64,000 nucleotides of DNA from Ignavibacteriota bacterium (GTDB lineage: Bacteria > Bacteroidota > Ignavibacteria > Palsa-1295). The stretch's first letter is position 1; the number at the start of each line of letters is the position of its first letter. Below, piece after piece: positions 1 through 11,246 of this stretch. The stretch spans positions 96,001 through 160,000 of the forward strand of contig CAWBEI010000006.1 of assembly GCA_963787835.1 (NCBI GenBank). The letters are read 5' to 3'. Made by a program: the position numbers and the translations under genes. Below the pieces are notes generated by a model. It was not told the origin of the DNA, did no database searches, and saw only the letters and a program-made list of their open reading frames with translations.

Positions 1-333
1 ATGTTCATGCCGCAAATGGGCTATCAAATGCCACAACAGCAAGCCGCGCCAGCCCCCAGCGCAGCTCCAGTTGCAGAAGCTCCTTCTGTCAAAACGCACG
101 AGGTAAAATCACCGATCGTTGGCACGCTCTATCGCGCACCTGCGCCAGATGCTGATCCTTATGTGCAGGTAGGCCAGCAAGTTGAAAACGGCACGACACT
201 CTGCATCATAGAAGCCATGAAGCTGATGAACGAGATCGAAAGCGATGCCGCAGGAAAGATCATCAAGATCTTGGTCGAGAATGGCCAGCCTGTCGAATAC
301 GGTCAGCCCTTGTTTTTATTAGAAATTGAATAA
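1..333 (+). CDS. accB: Biotin carboxyl carrier protein of acetyl-CoA carboxylase (5' truncated by window edge)
   Basis: EAMKLMN biotinylation motif, Pro/Ala-rich linker, C-terminal [11 protein letters not shown]; directly upstream of accC. Confidence 0.96.
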   Translation: MFMPQMGYQMPQQQAAPAPSAAPVAEAPSVKTHEVKSPIVGTLYRAPAPDADPYVQVGQQVENGTTLCIIEAMKLMNEIESDAAGKIIKILVENGQPVEYGQPLFLLEIE

Positions 334-350
334 TCTAATTTTGTAGTACT

Positions 351-476
351 GTCATTGCGAGGAAGAATTGTCGAGCGGAGCGAGACAATTTTGACGAAGC
401 AATCCGTTCTCGATAAACCCACGGATTGCTTCGTCGAAATGCTCCGCTATCGCTTCGCATTCCTCCTCGCAATGAC
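351..476. repeat. GTCATTGCGAG...CTCGCAATGAC palindromic REP/MITE-like element (copy 1)
   Basis: Terminal inverted repeat GTCATTGCGAGGA / TCCTCGCAATGAC plus internal GACGAAGCAATC / GATTGCTTCGTC stem; related copy at 35828-35953. Confidence 0.85.
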
Positions 477-486
477 GGTCTAAATT

Positions 487-1842
487 ATGTTTCATAAGAT
501 TCTCATAGCCAATCGCGGCGAGATCGCGCTTCGCATCATCCGCACCTGCCGCGAGATGGGCATTAAAACAGTTGCGGTTTACTCCGAAGCCGACCGTCAC
601 TCCCTGCACGTTCGCTTCGCAGATGAAGCAGTCTGTATTGGCCCTCCGCCTGGAAAAGAGAGCTATCTCAATATTCCCCGCATCATAAGTGCTGCGCATC
701 TCACGGGCGCGGAGGCAATTCATCCCGGTTATGGCTTCCTTGCTGAAAATGCGGAATTCTCAGATATTTGCGATGCATCTGGTTTTACCTTCATCGGCCC
801 AAAACCTGAAATGATCGAAGCGATGGGGGATAAAGCCCACGCTAAAGAGACGATGAAAGCTGCCGGCGTCCCAGTCGTTATGGGTTCCGATGGCGTTATA
901 AACAACCTTGACGAAGCCCGGCAAGTTGCTGAAACCATTGGACTTCCGGTTATCATAAAAGCGGTTGCGGGTGGTGGTGGCCGCGGCATGCGTATCGTTC
1001 ACAACATCGAAGAGCTTGAACAGCAGGTCTCAATGGCACAAACCGAAGCTGCCGCCGCATTCAATAATGGTGACGTTTATATTGAAAAATACATTGATAA
1101 ACCACGCCACATAGAGATTCAGGTTTTTGGTGACACGAACGGGACAGTCGTGCATTACAATGAGCGCGAATGCTCGATTCAACGCCGTCATCAAAAGCTG
1201 GTAGAGGAATCGCCATCGCCAGTCGTTTCTGAGGAAATCCGTAACGCAATGGGCGCTGCAGCAGTAAAAGGCGCTGCGAGCGTCGGATATGTCGGAGCAG
1301 GCACGATCGAATTCCTGCTCGACAAGGATAACAATTTCTACTTCATGGAGATGAACACTCGCATTCAGGTCGAGCATCCTGTAACCGAGCAGGTGATCGG
1401 CCTCGATCTGATTCGTCAGCAGATCCATGTTGCAGCGGGTGGCAAAATTTCCAAGCGCCCTCGCCGTCCTGAAGGCCACGCGATCGAATGCCGCATCAAT
1501 GCCGAAGACCCTGAGAAAGATTTTCGTCCGTCGCCGGGTACGATAACAAGTTTTCATGCTCCGGGGGGGTATGGTGTTCGGCTCGATTCCCATGTGTATG
1601 CCGGATATCAGATCCCGCCCTATTACGACTCGCTGGTTGGTAAGATCATTGCGTTCGGCGGCGATCGTGCTGAAGCCATAGACAGAATGCAATCATGCTT
1701 GGATGAAATGATCGTAGAGGGTATTAAAACGACGATCCCATTTCACCGAGCACTCATGCGCAACGACCGTTTCCGCGCCGGCGATTTCGATACCCATTTC
1801 CTCGAAAGTTTTGATTGGCGCAATCAATCTTCTCACTCTTAA
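487..1842 (+). CDS. accC: Biotin carboxylase subunit of acetyl-CoA carboxylase
   Basis: [53 protein letters not shown] motifs. Confidence 0.97.
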   Translation: MFHKILIANRGEIALRIIRTCREMGIKTVAVYSEADRHSLHVRFADEAVCIGPPPGKESYLNIPRIISAAHLTGAEAIHPGYGFLAENAEFSDICDASGFTFIGPKPEMIEAMGDKAHAKETMKAAGVPVVMGSDGVINNLDEARQVAETIGLPVIIKAVAGGGGRGMRIVHNIEELEQQVSMAQTEAAAAFNNGDVYIEKYIDKPRHIEIQVFGDTNGTVVHYNERECSIQRRHQKLVEESPSPVVSEEIRNAMGAAAVKGAASVGYVGAGTIEFLLDKDNNFYFMEMNTRIQVEHPVTEQVIGLDLIRQQIHVAAGGKISKRPRRPEGHAIECRINAEDPEKDFRPSPGTITSFHAPGGYGVRLDSHVYAGYQIPPYYDSLVGKIIAFGGDRAEAIDRMQSCLDEMIVEGIKTTIPFHRALMRNDRFRAGDFDTHFLESFDWRNQSSHS

Positions 1843-1863
1843 TTTTGTAATCCATATTCTGAA

Positions 1864-2241
1864 ATGACTTTCCCATCCGACCTTAAATACACCAAAGACC
1901 ACGAGTGGCTTCGCATCGAAGGCACGACCGGCACCATCGGCGTCACCGATTTCGCGCAAGGCGAGCTTGGTGATGTTATCTATCTCGATCTCAAAGAGGG
2001 CATCACCGCAAATGCCCACGAATCACTCGGCACCATCGAAGCCGTAAAGACAGTCAGTGATCTTTTTACTCCCGTGAGCGGTAAAGTCCTCGAAGTGCAT
2101 TCAGCTCTGAACGACACGCCGGAAACCGTGAATAAAGACCCCTATGGCGAAGGATGGCTCGTGAAGCTCGAACTTTCAAATTTGAAAGAAGCTGAAACTT
2201 TGCTTTCGGCAGATGAGTATAAGAAGCTGATCGGTCAGTAA
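1864..2241 (+). CDS. gcvH: Glycine cleavage system H protein (lipoyl carrier)
   Basis: YTKDHEW, GVTDFAQGELGD, IEAVKT lipoyl-lysine motif, VNKDPYGEGW. Confidence 0.95.
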   Translation: MTFPSDLKYTKDHEWLRIEGTTGTIGVTDFAQGELGDVIYLDLKEGITANAHESLGTIEAVKTVSDLFTPVSGKVLEVHSALNDTPETVNKDPYGEGWLVKLELSNLKEAETLLSADEYKKLIGQ

Positions 2242-2259
2242 AAGTCAAAGAGAATTTAG

Positions 2260-2301
2260 AAGTGCTGGGAGAAGATCCCAGCACTTTTAGTTTTTTTTTT
2301 T
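2260..2301 (+). terminator. Rho-independent terminator between gcvH and guaA
   Basis: 11-bp stem AAGTGCTGGGA / TCCCAGCACTT followed by a T-rich tract. Confidence 0.7.
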
Positions 2302-2307
2302 GAACTT

Positions 2308-3855
2308 ATGGCACACACCGGCGATAGCGTCCTCATTCTCGATTTCGGTTCTCAATACACGCAGCTCATTGCCCGCCGTGTCCGCGAGCTTGGGGTGTAT
2401 GCTGAGATATTCCCTTGTAATGCCCCCATCGCGCAGATCGAAGCATTCGATCCAAGCGCAATCATTCTGAGTGGTAGTCCATATAGCGTGTATGCGTCAG
2501 ATGCTCCGCGCTGTGCTCCTGAGGTTTTTAAATTAGGCAAACCTATTCTTGGATTGTGTTATGGCTTGCAACTCATCGCTCATGAAATGGGTGGGGTGGT
2601 CGATAAAAGCGCAAGAAGGGAATATGGCCGCGCTGAAATAATTATCGAAGATAAGAACGCAAAGCTCTTCAAGGATTTTCCTGCTCACGAAAATGTCTGG
2701 ATGTCGCATGGGGATTCACTAAGCAAAATTCCTGCGGGATTTCACGTCACAGCGAGAAGCGCAAATGCGCCATTTGCTGGAATAGCGAATTCGGATGAAT
2801 CCATTGTGGGAATTCAATTTCATCCCGAAGTTGTCCATACCGAAGGCGGCACTCAAATTTTATCGAATTTTCTTTTCGAGATAGCCCATGTTGTAGCCGA
2901 CTGGAATCCCAGCGATTTCATCGAAGCAACCGTTGCAGAGATCAAAGAAAAAGCGGCTGGTGAAACGGTCATTTGTGCGCTTTCAGGAGGTGTAGATTCA
3001 GCCGTTGCTGCTGTATTGGTCCATCGCGCAGTGGGTAAGCAACTAAAGTGCATTCATGTCGATAATGGCCTCATGCGCCGCGGCGAAAGCGCGGAAGTCG
3101 TGCATACCTTTCGCGATCATTTCGGGATCGATCTTGATTTTCGAGATGCCTCCGATCTTTTCTTAGATCGTCTTGCAGGCATAACTGATCCCGAAGAAAA
3201 ACGGAAAATTATCGGTAAAGCGTTTATCGATGTGCTTGCTGAAGAAGCGGAGAAATTCAGAGGAGCGAAATTTCTCGTACAAGGGACTATCTATCCCGAT
3301 GTGATCGAATCGCTATCCTTCAAAGGCCCGTCTGCGACGATCAAATCGCATCATAATGTCGGTGGCTTGCCGGAAAAGATGCATTTGAAGCTAATCGAGC
3401 CATTGCGAGAATTATTCAAGGATGAAGTTCGCAATGTAGGCCGCGCTTTGGGAATTCCCGAGCATTTTATCGACCGTCATCCATTTCCCGGCCCCGGTCT
3501 AGCTATTCGAGTAATTGGTAATATTACTCGTCAGAAACTCGAGCTGCTCCGATCCGCCGACGCAATTTTTATCGAAGAGCTTCACGCATGGAAGCTTTAT
3601 CAAGAAACGTGGCAGGCTTTTGCCGTTGTGCTGCCAGTGCAGACGGTTGGGGTTATGGGGGATGAACGCACCTACGAAAACGTCGTTGCGTTACGAGCTG
3701 TAACCAGCGTCGATGGCATGACCGCCGATTGGGCGCATCTTCCACATGAATTCCTTGCTCATGTTTCAAACCGTATCGCGAATGAAGTCCGTGGTTTGAG
3801 CAGGGTGGTTTATGACATTAGCTCAAAACCGCCTGCAACGATCGAGTGGGAGTAG
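2308..3855 (+). CDS. guaA: GMP synthase (glutamine-hydrolysing)
   Basis: [20 protein letters not shown] nucleophile, [24 protein letters not shown]-terminal KPPATIEWE. Confidence 0.98.
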   Translation: MAHTGDSVLILDFGSQYTQLIARRVRELGVYAEIFPCNAPIAQIEAFDPSAIILSGSPYSVYASDAPRCAPEVFKLGKPILGLCYGLQLIAHEMGGVVDKSARREYGRAEIIIEDKNAKLFKDFPAHENVWMSHGDSLSKIPAGFHVTARSANAPFAGIANSDESIVGIQFHPEVVHTEGGTQILSNFLFEIAHVVADWNPSDFIEATVAEIKEKAAGETVICALSGGVDSAVAAVLVHRAVGKQLKCIHVDNGLMRRGESAEVVHTFRDHFGIDLDFRDASDLFLDRLAGITDPEEKRKIIGKAFIDVLAEEAEKFRGAKFLVQGTIYPDVIESLSFKGPSATIKSHHNVGGLPEKMHLKLIEPLRELFKDEVRNVGRALGIPEHFIDRHPFPGPGLAIRVIGNITRQKLELLRSADAIFIEELHAWKLYQETWQAFAVVLPVQTVGVMGDERTYENVVALRAVTSVDGMTADWAHLPHEFLAHVSNRIANEVRGLSRVVYDISSKPPATIEWE

Positions 3856-3890
3856 CGCATTTTTTCTGGCACTCGCGGGTTTACTTAATC

Positions 3891-4460
3891 ATGCTCCGCA
3901 CATTACTCGCTCTCGTTGGATGCCTCTGCATGATAATATTTTCATCATGCTGTGAGCCTTCTCATAAAGATTCGTCGCCATACATGGTAAACTCCTTATT
4001 TCAGGAAACATATGGCCGCGACCTGGATCTCTACAATTCCAATGGACCGGTTGTTGACTCTGCGTATTATCCGATCTACACGTTCGCCATTCAAAATACC
4101 GGAACAGCCAGTGACAATTTTACACTTCAACTCCTGAGGCAGACCGCACAAGGGACCGTTGGATATAGCATTACAAAGTTCGTTCCTGCCGGAGCAGTGG
4201 TGCTGTTCCAATCTCCGCTCGCGACCCCGGACTCGAATACGCAAAACGCAACCTATTCGTATTTCGGATTTCAGGATACTTTGCCGAACATTGATGAGAT
4301 CTATTACGGGGAATCCTTTCAATCTGTGGATTCCGCAGAGATACATGCGATGCAACCCTCTCTTTCGATCATTTATGGCGCGATCGACAATGGCCCCGAA
4401 GGCTGCAACACACCTGCAAGTACGATGAGCCTGTATGTCGATAGCCTGCCTATTCGGTAA
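3891..4460 (+). CDS. Hypothetical lipoprotein
   Basis: Hydrophobic N-terminus ending in FSSCC lipobox-like motif; fills the gap between guaA and the GDPD gene; ATG at 3891 preferred. Confidence 0.6.
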   Translation: MLRTLLALVGCLCMIIFSSCCEPSHKDSSPYMVNSLFQETYGRDLDLYNSNGPVVDSAYYPIYTFAIQNTGTASDNFTLQLLRQTAQGTVGYSITKFVPAGAVVLFQSPLATPDSNTQNATYSYFGFQDTLPNIDEIYYGESFQSVDSAEIHAMQPSLSIIYGAIDNGPEGCNTPASTMSLYVDSLPIR

Positions 4461-4495
4461 ATTTTTCAGAATATATTCATGTTTCTTCTCCTGAA

Positions 4496-5299
4496 ATGAT
4501 GTTACCCCTGAAAAATTATCCCTTTGCTGCAAGGCCGATGATCGTGGCCCACCGCGGCGATACCTCGCTCGGAGCCAAAGCAAATTCGATAGAAGCTATT
4601 GCCTCCGCGCTCGTTTCTGGTGCGGATATGATCGAAGTCGATGTCCAGTGGTCATCGGATGAAGAATTCGTCTGTTATCACGACGAGCAACTCGAAGAGT
4701 CTGGCGACCCTATCTCCGGTACTTCGTACACACTTCTAAAAGAGTTAGGGGTTGCATCGCTGACCGAAGTGTTGATGATCGGTAAGGGAAAAACCTACTT
4801 CAATATTGAAATCAAGGAATATTCGTCGCGCGATCCAAAGCTGTTCATGCACGCATTAGTCCAGTTGCTGACAGAGCTTGGACTTCAGGATGACGTTTTA
4901 CTTTCCTCGTTTCGCCCGGATTATCTTCATGAAGCAGGATGGATGATCCCTACCTGCATCATTCACCCCAGCGAAGCAATGAGGGAATTATTAACTTTTC
5001 GCTCCTTTGCTGAGCCGATCGTTTTTGACCGCCCGTTCGATAAGTATTTGCCATCTGAATTGATGAAGATCGCGCAAGCCACGGGCTATGCCTGCCAAAT
5101 TTCCGAACTTACGCCAGACCGTCTTGCCGATATTGAACGATATAATATTTTTCTTGGTGTTTACACGATTTCAACGGAATTGGAATTCGATCAGGCAGTA
5201 GCTCGGGGCGCAAGAATATTGGTTTGTGAGCACTCTCATAAATTTGCGGCTCTCAGGAACCATAGATTTCCAGCGCTGGAAACGATGCCGCCACTATAG
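4496..5299 (+). CDS. Glycerophosphodiester phosphodiesterase family protein
   Basis: IVAHRG, EVDV, HD and NIEIK motifs of the GDPD TIM barrel. Confidence 0.85.
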   Translation: MMLPLKNYPFAARPMIVAHRGDTSLGAKANSIEAIASALVSGADMIEVDVQWSSDEEFVCYHDEQLEESGDPISGTSYTLLKELGVASLTEVLMIGKGKTYFNIEIKEYSSRDPKLFMHALVQLLTELGLQDDVLLSSFRPDYLHEAGWMIPTCIIHPSEAMRELLTFRSFAEPIVFDRPFDKYLPSELMKIAQATGYACQISELTPDRLADIERYNIFLGVYTISTELEFDQAVARGARILVCEHSHKFAALRNHRFPALETMPPL

Positions 5300-5313
5300 C
5301 GGTAAATATATCC

Positions 5314-7326
5314 ATGCCTATCATTCGGCTCGCGCAAGAACGATCACCCTATCTCCAGCAGCACGCACACAACCCCGTCGATTGGTATCCGTGGGGTGAA
5401 GAAGCTTTTGCCAAAGCTCGTGAGGGAAACAAGCCGATCTTTCTTTCCATAGGTTACAGCACCTGCCATTGGTGTCATGTCATGGAGCGCGAGAGCTTCG
5501 AATCGGATAGTATTGCCGAGATCCTAAACGCCAACTTTGTTTCGATCAAGGTAGATAGAGAAGAGCGGCCGGATGTCGATGCCGTTTATATGTCAGTGCT
5601 TCAGGGGATGACCGGCTCCGGTGGATGGCCAATGTCCTTATTTCTCACACCGGATCTAAAGCCATTTTTTGCCGGGACCTATTATCCCCCTATTCCGGCC
5701 CACGGACGACCGAGCTTTTCTCAGCTTATCGAGCGCATTCATGACCTATGGATGACCGAACGGGAAGCCCTTGTGAACTCGAGTATCGAGATCACGCAAG
5801 CCCTTTCGAAACCATTCGTCGCTGAGGATGCGAATGAAGCATCTGTAATTTCAAGGGAACTGCTCGATGAAGTTTTTGGACATTTTGTACACATGTTCGA
5901 TCCCATTGAAGGGGGGTTCGGCGGCGCGCCAAAATTCCCAAGACCTGTTCAATTTGATTTCCTTTTTCATTATTATAAGGCATTCGATCATGCTCCTGCG
6001 CTGGACATGGCGCTCGTCACGCTCCGTAAGATGGGGCTCGGAGGTATGCACGATCATTTAGGCGGTGGATTTCACCGGTATTCTGTCGATCGGTATTGGC
6101 GTATCTCTCACTTCGAGAAAATGCTGTATGACCAGGCACAACTTGTTAATTCCTATCTCGATGCGTGGCAGCTCACCCATGATCCGTTTTTTCGGTATGT
6201 TGTTCTGGATATTATTGACTATGTGTTACGCGACATGACGCATCCAAATGGTGGTTTTTTTAGCGCAGAAGATGCTGATTCAGAGGGAGAAGAAGGAAAG
6301 TTCTATGTTTGGACACTTGCCGAGATCGAAGAAGCGCTGGGAAAGAATGCGGAGTCTTTTGCAAAATATTATGGTATAACGCGAGAAGGCAATTTCGAGC
6401 ATGGCAAGAACGTACTTTATGTTGCCGATCCGTCCAACTTGTCCAATACGTCCAGAGCAACCCTTCGTGAGAAGCTTTTTGTAGTCCGGAAACATCGCAT
6501 TCGGCCACTTCGTGACGATAAAATTCTTACCTCATGGAATGGCCTGATGATCGGGGCCATGGCACGAGCCGGAGACGTTCTGAATGAGCAACGATATCTT
6601 ACTGCAGCCATCGCCGCCGGGGAATTTATTTGGAATGATTTACGTCCGAATGGAAATTTGCTGCATCGTTGGCGCGATGGGGACGAGCAATCATCCGCTG
6701 AGGCCCGATTCGATGCCTATTTGGATGACTACGCATTTCTCATTAAGGGGTATCTCGATCTCTATGAAGCAACCTTCGACTCTGTATGGATGGAGCGAGC
6801 CATACTCCTTCAAGAAGAGCAGGACATAACCCTCTACGACCCAGATCATAACGGCTACTTTGACGCCCGGCCTGCCCCTGACCTGATCCTGCGCGCGAAA
6901 AATAGTTACGATGGCGCAGAACCCAGTGGCAATTCTATAAGTGTGTTGAATTTATTCAGGCTTGCGAATCTTACCGAAAATAATAACTATAAGAATCGCG
7001 CCGAAGAAACACTTCGAGCCTTTGCATCAAAAGTGCGCCAATATCCTTATGCAATGCCGGAGCTTATGACGGCAATATTCTGGTCGTTAACGTCGCCGTC
7101 ACAAATTGTTTTTGTGGGGAACGACCTGGATGAGTTCCGGAATGTTGTTAAAGATAGATACTTGCCGGTATCCGTGAAACTTCGCCGGGAGGATTCTCAT
7201 GTTGCTTTTACCCGATCATTACCTGAAAAGAAAGGATTATCTTCGGTATATGTTTGCCAGAATTTCGTCTGTCAATTGCCGGTCACTTCGCCAATCGATC
7301 TGGAAAAGTTACTTAACAAGGCATAA
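5314..7326 (+). CDS. Thioredoxin-domain protein, YyaL/SPATA20 (DUF255) family
   Basis: [59 protein letters not shown]. Confidence 0.92.
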   Translation: MPIIRLAQERSPYLQQHAHNPVDWYPWGEEAFAKAREGNKPIFLSIGYSTCHWCHVMERESFESDSIAEILNANFVSIKVDREERPDVDAVYMSVLQGMTGSGGWPMSLFLTPDLKPFFAGTYYPPIPAHGRPSFSQLIERIHDLWMTEREALVNSSIEITQALSKPFVAEDANEASVISRELLDEVFGHFVHMFDPIEGGFGGAPKFPRPVQFDFLFHYYKAFDHAPALDMALVTLRKMGLGGMHDHLGGGFHRYSVDRYWRISHFEKMLYDQAQLVNSYLDAWQLTHDPFFRYVVLDIIDYVLRDMTHPNGGFFSAEDADSEGEEGKFYVWTLAEIEEALGKNAESFAKYYGITREGNFEHGKNVLYVADPSNLSNTSRATLREKLFVVRKHRIRPLRDDKILTSWNGLMIGAMARAGDVLNEQRYLTAAIAAGEFIWNDLRPNGNLLHRWRDGDEQSSAEARFDAYLDDYAFLIKGYLDLYEATFDSVWMERAILLQEEQDITLYDPDHNGYFDARPAPDLILRAKNSYDGAEPSGNSISVLNLFRLANLTENNNYKNRAEETLRAFASKVRQYPYAMPELMTAIFWSLTSPSQIVFVGNDLDEFRNVVKDRYLPVSVKLRREDSHVAFTRSLPEKKGLSSVYVCQNFVCQLPVTSPIDLEKLLNKA

Positions 7327-7335
7327 TTTAGAGAG

Positions 7336-8991
7336 TCACTTTGAGTGAATGTAATAGAGTCTGAGAGTGTCAAGTCCCTGTTTCATGAGAATGCTTAGAT
7401 CGGCATTATAGCTTCGTCCATCATCGTAAAACAATCCTAACGCTGAATCGCGGACTACGCCAATGGAATCAATAACATGAGGAAGCAGTGCTCTACCTGG
7501 TTCGAATGGGGTTCCTACCGTGCTGGAACGGAGGATGACATAATCAATGCTGTTAGCGTAGAGTTTGTCAACTAATTGCGTTCGATCCGCGGGCGGCTGA
7601 AACATATCAAGCGTGAGAACTTCACGCGAAGTATCGACCAGTGCACGGTCAAGTCCAGCAACATCAACAAGGATCCTGCTTTTACGAGGCGCACTGACGG
7701 CAGCCTCATTCAGCAACCGAGTGATCGCCAGTTGTTGATCGTGAGCAATGGCATTCCCGAGCGTTGCATTCGGTATAGCATGAGATATTCCAAGTGATAT
7801 TCCGAACACCATGCTAACGACTGGGGTCCATTGTCCGAAGGAACGTTTGGAAAATAGCTTGCCCCAAATATCGAAGGCGATCATGCTCCCTATCACAAGA
7901 AGCGGCACAATGTGGAAAAGATAATATGGACGGCTCCCTTCTAAAAGAAGCCAACTTAATGTGCATAGTACGGTGCATCCAAGCCAAAATCTCTGATTTG
8001 GTGAGTGTGTAACTTGAACATTTTTTTCTTGTTTACCATGTTTGCGATTTCGAATGATGTAAGTCAGCATTAACAAAGCTGCAATAGGAAGCACAACAAG
8101 CATTCCCGGCAGGTCTGCTTTGAACAAAACGATACGTTCCTGAAGATTGGAGAGCTGAACGTTCCTGGAAAATGGGCGAAGAATGGGAACTTCATTCAAA
8201 ACAAAGCTAAATATCCCGGCTTTTCCCCCACGGCCAAACAGCGAGAACTCGCCAGATCCGACGAAATATAAAACGACAAGAATGGCGACGGCAATCATAA
8301 ACCCCGCCAGCCAAGAAAAAAGGGCAGCGGGGCGCTTCCAGATGGAATGAGCAAAGAGGAATACAATGGTGCCCCCAGCCCCAAGTGTCAGCAAATGCGG
8401 AGAGAAACAAACAATAAAGATACCCAAAGCACCGGCAAGTCGCATTTGGAGCGCATTTGCGATGTTTACTTTAGAAAGATAATAGCAGTACCATAAGAGT
8501 ACCAGCCCCGTCAGAATATCATATCGTGCGGAGTGTGAAGCCCAAACGAAGCCCTGTGAAAGGACCATAAACATCACACCCAACGCACATACCAAGGGCG
8601 AAACTCGCAAAGAACGAGAAATAAAATAAAGGCTCCCAATCAATAGGAGGGAAAGCAGAGCCGTGACACTTCTTCCAATAGAAGCAAAATCAAAATGTGG
8701 ATAAAACACAATGCCGGGAACGCCATAGATCAGAGCATTCCCCCACATGCTACCTGCGAGCACACCATTCGTTCGAATAGCACCACCGAAGGATTCCGGA
8801 TACTGAAGCGTCCCATGCTGAATCTGGTTCACGAATTCTCTCATGAGCCACGTTTCATCGCCGCCCCAGCGGACGGAATCGTAAACGGGTACCGTATCCA
8901 GCGTATGAAGCTGGACTGCAAAGACCACAACGGAAATGATCAGCAGTGTATAGGCCGCGATGGATCGGGGATCAAGGGTGCGAGAACGCAT
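7336..8991 (-). CDS. Polytopic membrane protein, probable GT-C (ArnT/PMT-like) glycosyltransferase
   Basis: Many TM helices, DE acidic pair in the first loop (WGGDETW), ARYD motif. Confidence 0.6.
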   Translation of the reverse strand: MRSRTLDPRSIAAYTLLIISVVVFAVQLHTLDTVPVYDSVRWGGDETWLMREFVNQIQHGTLQYPESFGGAIRTNGVLAGSMWGNALIYGVPGIVFYPHFDFASIGRSVTALLSLLLIGSLYFISRSLRVSPLVCALGVMFMVLSQGFVWASHSARYDILTGLVLLWYCYYLSKVNIANALQMRLAGALGIFIVCFSPHLLTLGAGGTIVFLFAHSIWKRPAALFSWLAGFMIAVAILVVLYFVGSGEFSLFGRGGKAGIFSFVLNEVPILRPFSRNVQLSNLQERIVLFKADLPGMLVVLPIAALLMLTYIIRNRKHGKQEKNVQVTHSPNQRFWLGCTVLCTLSWLLLEGSRPYYLFHIVPLLVIGSMIAFDIWGKLFSKRSFGQWTPVVSMVFGISLGISHAIPNATLGNAIAHDQQLAITRLLNEAAVSAPRKSRILVDVAGLDRALVDTSREVLTLDMFQPPADRTQLVDKLYANSIDYVILRSSTVGTPFEPGRALLPHVIDSIGVVRDSALGLFYDDGRSYNADLSILMKQGLDTLRLYYIHSK

Positions 8992-8997
8992 CCCCGA

Positions 8998-9417
8998 TCA
9001 AACAAGCGATGCGCTCAAATTAATCGTCACAGAGGCGAGAGCTCGCGAGACGGGGCAGCCTGACTTCGCGCCATTTGCAATCTCCTGAAATTTTGCATCA
9101 TCGATGCCCGGCACATTCGCTTGTACCGAAAGGTCGATCGATACGACGGTCCATTGCCCGGATATATTATCGAAATTCGTATTTGCCGAGGATGAAATAG
9201 TTACCGGCGGAAATCCACCTCTTTCGAGTGCTCCACTTAATGCCATTGAAAAACAACCGGCGAGTGCTGCGGCTAATAACTCTTCTGGGGTTGAGCCAGG
9301 CCCACCTTCCATACGAGAGTTGAAGGAGTATGGAAATGGGAGCGCGCCCAGAAGCATTTCGCCACTACCACTTTTGATAACGCCGGTCCATTTCGCTTTT
9401 GCTGTTGAAATACGCAT
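8998..9417 (-). CDS. osmC: OsmC family peroxiredoxin
   Basis: A.W.G..K.G.G, PEELLAAA.AGCFSMALS, CPVSRAL (two conserved Cys). Confidence 0.9.
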   Translation of the reverse strand: MRISTAKAKWTGVIKSGSGEMLLGALPFPYSFNSRMEGGPGSTPEELLAAALAGCFSMALSGALERGGFPPVTISSSANTNFDNISGQWTVVSIDLSVQANVPGIDDAKFQEIANGAKSGCPVSRALASVTINLSASLV

Positions 9418-9458
9418 GTTTTGTTAGAATTTAAGAAAAAGGATTAAAAGTGAATATG

Positions 9459-9466
9459 CAAAATTA
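9459..9466 (-). promoter_or_regulatory. Bacteroidota-type -7 promoter box (TAATTTTG) for osmC
   Basis: Matches TAnnTTTG about 40 nt upstream of the osmC start. Confidence 0.45.
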
Positions 9467-9507
9467 CGACAAAATTGTCGTTTATGCGGGAGTCAGAAGA
9501 AAGAACG

Positions 9508-10191
9508 TTACAGCCCTGACGAAAGGCTGCTCGTATGATGCCGCATCAGTTTGGCCTCTGCAACGAATATTACGTTCTCGGCAATATTCGTAGCATGATC
9601 GGCTAACCGTTCGATATGACGCAAAAGTGCCATTAAGTGCGCAGCAGGTTCTATCATGACGGGGTCAGACTTCATCTCGTCAATAAGATTGAAAAAGATC
9701 TGACGGTTTAGATCATCCACTCTCTCTTCACTTTCGAAGATAGACCTCGCTTCATCACTATCGGTATGGATGAAGGCATTTAGTACGCTCGTTAGCATCT
9801 GGCGCGCTGTCGAGATCATCTCGAGTGCTCCGACTCTCTCAACTAAATTGGTATAGTCTTCAAGCGCCTCGACTCGCTCCGCGATATTAACGGCAATATC
9901 GCCGATGCGCTCAAAATCGCTATTCATGCGCATCGCAGCAAGCAATAACCGGAGATCGACAGCAACGGGCTGTGTAAGTGCGAAAATGCGCTGGCACTGG
10001 CCTTCGATCGTGAGATCGAGCTCATTAACGCGCTCTTCACGGACGATCACGAATTTTGCGAGCTCGATATTCGATTCGTTCAAGGCTCGAATCGCCGTTT
10101 CGATCTGCTCATCGACGAGCGAACCCATTCGGATAAGTTGAGAGCGGAGGGTATCCAGCTCGTCTTCGAAGTGTCTGTGTACTCGTGGCAA
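9508..10191 (-). CDS. phoU: Phosphate signalling complex protein PhoU
   Basis: QPVAVDLR, DFERIGDIAVNIAE, IERLADHATNIAE; TTG start at 10191 avoids overlap with pstB. Confidence 0.93.
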   Translation of the reverse strand: MPRVHRHFEDELDTLRSQLIRMGSLVDEQIETAIRALNESNIELAKFVIVREERVNELDLTIEGQCQRIFALTQPVAVDLRLLLAAMRMNSDFERIGDIAVNIAERVEALEDYTNLVERVGALEMISTARQMLTSVLNAFIHTDSDEARSIFESEERVDDLNRQIFFNLIDEMKSDPVMIEPAAHLMALLRHIERLADHATNIAENVIFVAEAKLMRHHTSSLSSGL

Positions 10192-10216
10192 TGAAGTAGT
10201 GGTAATGAGGGTTGAC

Positions 10217-11056
10217 TTATCCAAAACGTCCGGTGATGTAATCTTCTGTTTGCTTCTTTTGTGGATTGGTAAATATATCTTTGGTGGCACCAGCCTCGAT
10301 CAATTCGCCAATATAAAAGAATGCTGTCACATCACTGACCCGGGCGGCTTGCTGCATATTGTGTGTGACGATCACGATCGTATATTTTTCCTTCAACTGG
10401 AAAATAAGCTCTTCGATCTTTGCAGTAGAAATGGGATCGAGCGCACTGGCAGGTTCATCCATAAGCAGAACATCCGGCTCGACGGCTAATGCTCGTGCGA
10501 TACACAAACGTTGTTGTTGCCCTCCGGAAAGTCCCATGGCGCTTTGGTGAAGTCGATCCTTCACTTCATCCCACAATGCAGCACCTATGAGACTCTTTTC
10601 AATGAGTTCGTTCAAGAGGGCCTTGTTATTGTTTCCGAGTATTCTGGGTCCATACGCAATGTTCTCCCAGATCGATTTTGGAAATGGGTTCGATTTTTGA
10701 AAGACCATCCCTACACGCTTCCTCAGATCGACGACATCTAACCCCTTTTCATAAATATCGACCCCATCGATCTTGATATTACCGGTGATCCGAACACCAG
10801 CAATAAGATCATTCATACGGTTGAGCGTCCTTAAATAGGTGGATTTACCACACCCCGATGGACCAATGAAAGCGGTTACCTGACGTTCGACAATATCCAG
10901 AGATATCGAGCGAAGCGCCTGTTTTGCACCGTAAAATAGATTTAGATCCCTCGTGACGATCTTGTAGTTCCCTTGAGGCGTCTCCGGTCTGGAAACAGAC
11001 TCTGCTACTCGAACCATGTGTTTCGTTTCGTGTCGTTCGGCAACTTCCGCAGCCAT
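10217..11056 (-). CDS. pstB: Phosphate ABC transporter ATP-binding protein
   Basis: [44 protein letters not shown]. Confidence 0.97.
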   Translation of the reverse strand: MAAEVAERHETKHMVRVAESVSRPETPQGNYKIVTRDLNLFYGAKQALRSISLDIVERQVTAFIGPSGCGKSTYLRTLNRMNDLIAGVRITGNIKIDGVDIYEKGLDVVDLRKRVGMVFQKSNPFPKSIWENIAYGPRILGNNNKALLNELIEKSLIGAALWDEVKDRLHQSAMGLSGGQQQRLCIARALAVEPDVLLMDEPASALDPISTAKIEELIFQLKEKYTIVIVTHNMQQAARVSDVTAFFYIGELIEAGATKDIFTNPQKKQTEDYITGRFG

Positions 11057-11128
11057 GTGTTTTAAACTAAATTAGGTTAATCGAAGGGCTAAACAGGTTC
11101 TACCAAAGTTTCATCAAACAATAATTCG

Positions 11129-11155
11129 TTAACGATACGTTAACAAATTATTACC
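11129..11155. promoter_or_regulatory. Putative Pho box (PhoB/PhoP binding array)
   Basis: TTAAC/TTAAC/TTACC at 11129, 11140 and 11151 (11-bp period) in the pstB-phoB divergent spacer. Confidence 0.65.
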
Positions 11156-11246
11156 AATATTATTTTCGCGTCAGAAAATCATTAAGAAATTATGAAACGG
11201 CTGCTTTATAAGCACTTAGGGCTCTCGTTGAATGTTACTCTGATGA

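Noticed and set aside
352-1692. Antisense and alternate-frame ORFs over accC (e.g. 352..723, 1030..1692) and similar shadows over secD, infB and nusA
   Set aside because: They overlap well-supported conserved genes and have no recognisable motifs; typical shadow ORFs
2242-2307. Purine riboswitch upstream of guaA
   Set aside because: The spacer is too short and lacks the aptamer consensus; only a terminator hairpin is visible
3856-7326. Genomic island at the guaA 3' end (a known integration hotspot)
   Set aside because: No integrase, att duplication or mobile genes follow guaA
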